Below are positions 62,314-64,000 of a DNA stretch of 64,000 nt, one piece after another. Each line of letters begins with the position of its first letter. The first letter of the stretch is position 1. A program made the translations under genes and the position numbers. Origin of the DNA: Paramoeba atlantica (Eukaryota; Protista; Discosea). Under the pieces are notes generated by a model. It was not told the origin of the DNA. It was given only the letters and a program-made list of their open reading frames with translations, and did no database searches. Where the stretch lies: positions 62,001 through 126,000 of the forward strand of contig CDRNVI010000033.1 of assembly GCA_977017575.1 (NCBI GenBank), written 5' to 3'.

Positions 62314-63411
62314 ATGAAGGCTGTCATTCAGCTACGCAAACTGTTCAAGAAAGATGAAGACTACAAAAAACGTAAACAAGCCTTCACGCAGGATCAGGAT
62401 TCAAAGGTATCTAATGGTGAACAAGACTTAACTCGTCAAAAGGAAACATTGATCGCCCTCGAAGCTCATTTTCGTGAATTAGAGAAAGGGTTTCTAAGCA
62501 AAGCCTATCATGAGGCTGTCACAGCAACAAAGTGCTTGACAGTTAAAGGTCTTCACACACCTACGTGCATTTTGCGTTATGGCTGTCCTCGAGATTCTCG
62601 ACGCGAAATTTGGCTTGCAATCACCGGGGCCCGTGACTTGAAACATCAGCATGGAGGACCACGGTATTACACGCAGTGCATTCAAAATGCGACCGAATCC
62701 AACACGAAGCAGATTGCAAAAGATCTTCACCGCACCTTACCTCTTTTAGCTGTGTTTCACGATTCGATGAACACAGAATCTCTCCGTCGAGTTTTGTTCG
62801 CTGTGGCGACACATTTAAAGCATTCCTATTGTCAAGGAATGAATGTGGTTGCGGCTTTGCTGCTTCTTGTTTACACACCGCGTCATGAACTAGATGTATT
62901 CTATACTCTCATCTCGCTGGTTGAGCGGAACAAGTATAGTGCCGGGTATTATGATGCAACTCTCTCTGGTGTACAACGAGACATCAGAGTTTTAGATTAT
63001 TTGATTTTTCAGGACGATCCGTTATTTAGCACCCATTTACAAAATATTCTTGGGATACGCCCTGCAGGTCTTTTTGTGGATTGGCTATTGTGCTTATTCG
63101 TTGGTGTTGTCCCAACGGAGTGGGTTCTGAGGATTTGGGATTTGTACATACTACGTGGCATTCCCGCAATACTTACTATTTTTCGCTCCCTTGTACGACA
63201 TTCTTCGACAACCCTTGCAAATAGTGACGTGAACACGGCAATTGATAAGGTGCAACAAGTCCGAAGGCAACTTCGAAATTTAGTAGCGTTGGATAAAGTT
63301 TTGATCCCCACATTTTCCGAAAATATGCACAATATTTCTTTTGATGAATTGAGACAACTACGAACCAAAGCTATTAATGGCGAGCTACTTTTAGACGAAT
63401 CAAGTGATTAA
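62314..63411 (+). CDS. TBC-domain Rab GTPase-activating protein
   Basis: RREIW, QIAKDLHRT (Arg finger), YCQGMN (Gln finger), WLLCLF...VLRIWD. Confidence 0.93.
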   Translation: MKAVIQLRKLFKKDEDYKKRKQAFTQDQDSKVSNGEQDLTRQKETLIALEAHFRELEKGFLSKAYHEAVTATKCLTVKGLHTPTCILRYGCPRDSRREIWLAITGARDLKHQHGGPRYYTQCIQNATESNTKQIAKDLHRTLPLLAVFHDSMNTESLRRVLFAVATHLKHSYCQGMNVVAALLLLVYTPRHELDVFYTLISLVERNKYSAGYYDATLSGVQRDIRVLDYLIFQDDPLFSTHLQNILGIRPAGLFVDWLLCLFVGVVPTEWVLRIWDLYILRGIPAILTIFRSLVRHSSTTLANSDVNTAIDKVQQVRRQLRNLVALDKVLIPTFSENMHNISFDELRQLRTKAINGELLLDESSD

Positions 63412-64000
63412 CTTGATAATACAGATATCCAGATAACTTACTAAAACCGATGCAAATTAAATGTCTTTCTCGCTACATTAAACGAGGTGCTTGTTTTCAG
63501 CGAAGAGGGCGTCATCGCTGAGCACTTCATATTCACAGTTCCTTGGACGGAATAACTACCGGTTAAAAGATTCCAGCAGTGTGCCTTTTCCCCTTTTCTG
63601 AAATTTACACTACTTTGATCGATGAAGGACGTAGTAAGGTTGTACTGTACCTTAGGTGCAGTACTACTACCACGCCCTCTATATAAGAACTAATTATAAA
63701 TTACCCCGTTCTCAGGATTCATGAACATTTTAGGCTCTTTGTAGGTGGTTGTTTTCAACACAGAAGTCACGCATTCTGCGCGCTTCGCGTTGAAAACTAC
63801 CTCCTTAGTGACGAGGTATCGGGGGAAAAATCCCTTTTGACCAAAAAATGCAACTGGACGTATTTTATTTTTCCGGAGAAATTCAAATTGTTTTATTTTT
63901 TTTGCACACGAGATATCTTGTTCCCTTAGCGAAGAGCTTTGACGTACATGTAATTTTCTTATTGACACCCTCCTCCCCTCTGGCCGCAGAATATGTGGTT

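Overview
Eukaryotic nuclear DNA, most likely from a kinetoplastid. A compact Perkinsela-like genome is my inference; there is no direct taxonomic marker here. I find 41 credible, apparently intron-free CDSs, all on the + strand, with short AT-rich spacers that often carry pyrimidine tract/AG sites. This fits a directional polycistronic cluster processed by trans-splicing. UBP1-like, PA26-like, RPS27 and PP2C sequences look kinetoplastid-type. Most genes are housekeeping (DOLK, RPB3, kinesin, STX5, YOS1, GrpE, RFC1, RIO1, UBC4, DHH1, adenosine kinase, GSK3, hexokinase, RAB1, PMI, SNU13, TBC GAP). Three things stand out. (1) Recurrent ~1 kb skew-flip islands, where the + strand switches abruptly from C(A)-rich to G(T)-rich inside coding genes and rewrites both synonymous sites and protein composition. 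(2) Several TA-flanked terminal-inverted-repeat (MITE-like) elements, four of them packed together at 3.4-4.6 kb beside a GTA-rich array, plus a ~760 bp structure with ~120 bp inverted arms at 23.9-24.6 kb. (3) Unusual proteins: degenerate LysRS and carnitine acyltransferase motifs, a thioredoxin-fold/NADKc-type kinase fusion, a hexokinase ending in PTS1 (-SKL), an NDUFA8-like protein, and a PDZ-SURP-RS protein. All family calls come from motif recognition by eye, with no database searches. Where the ORF track used a non-ATG start, I moved the start to the likely ATG.
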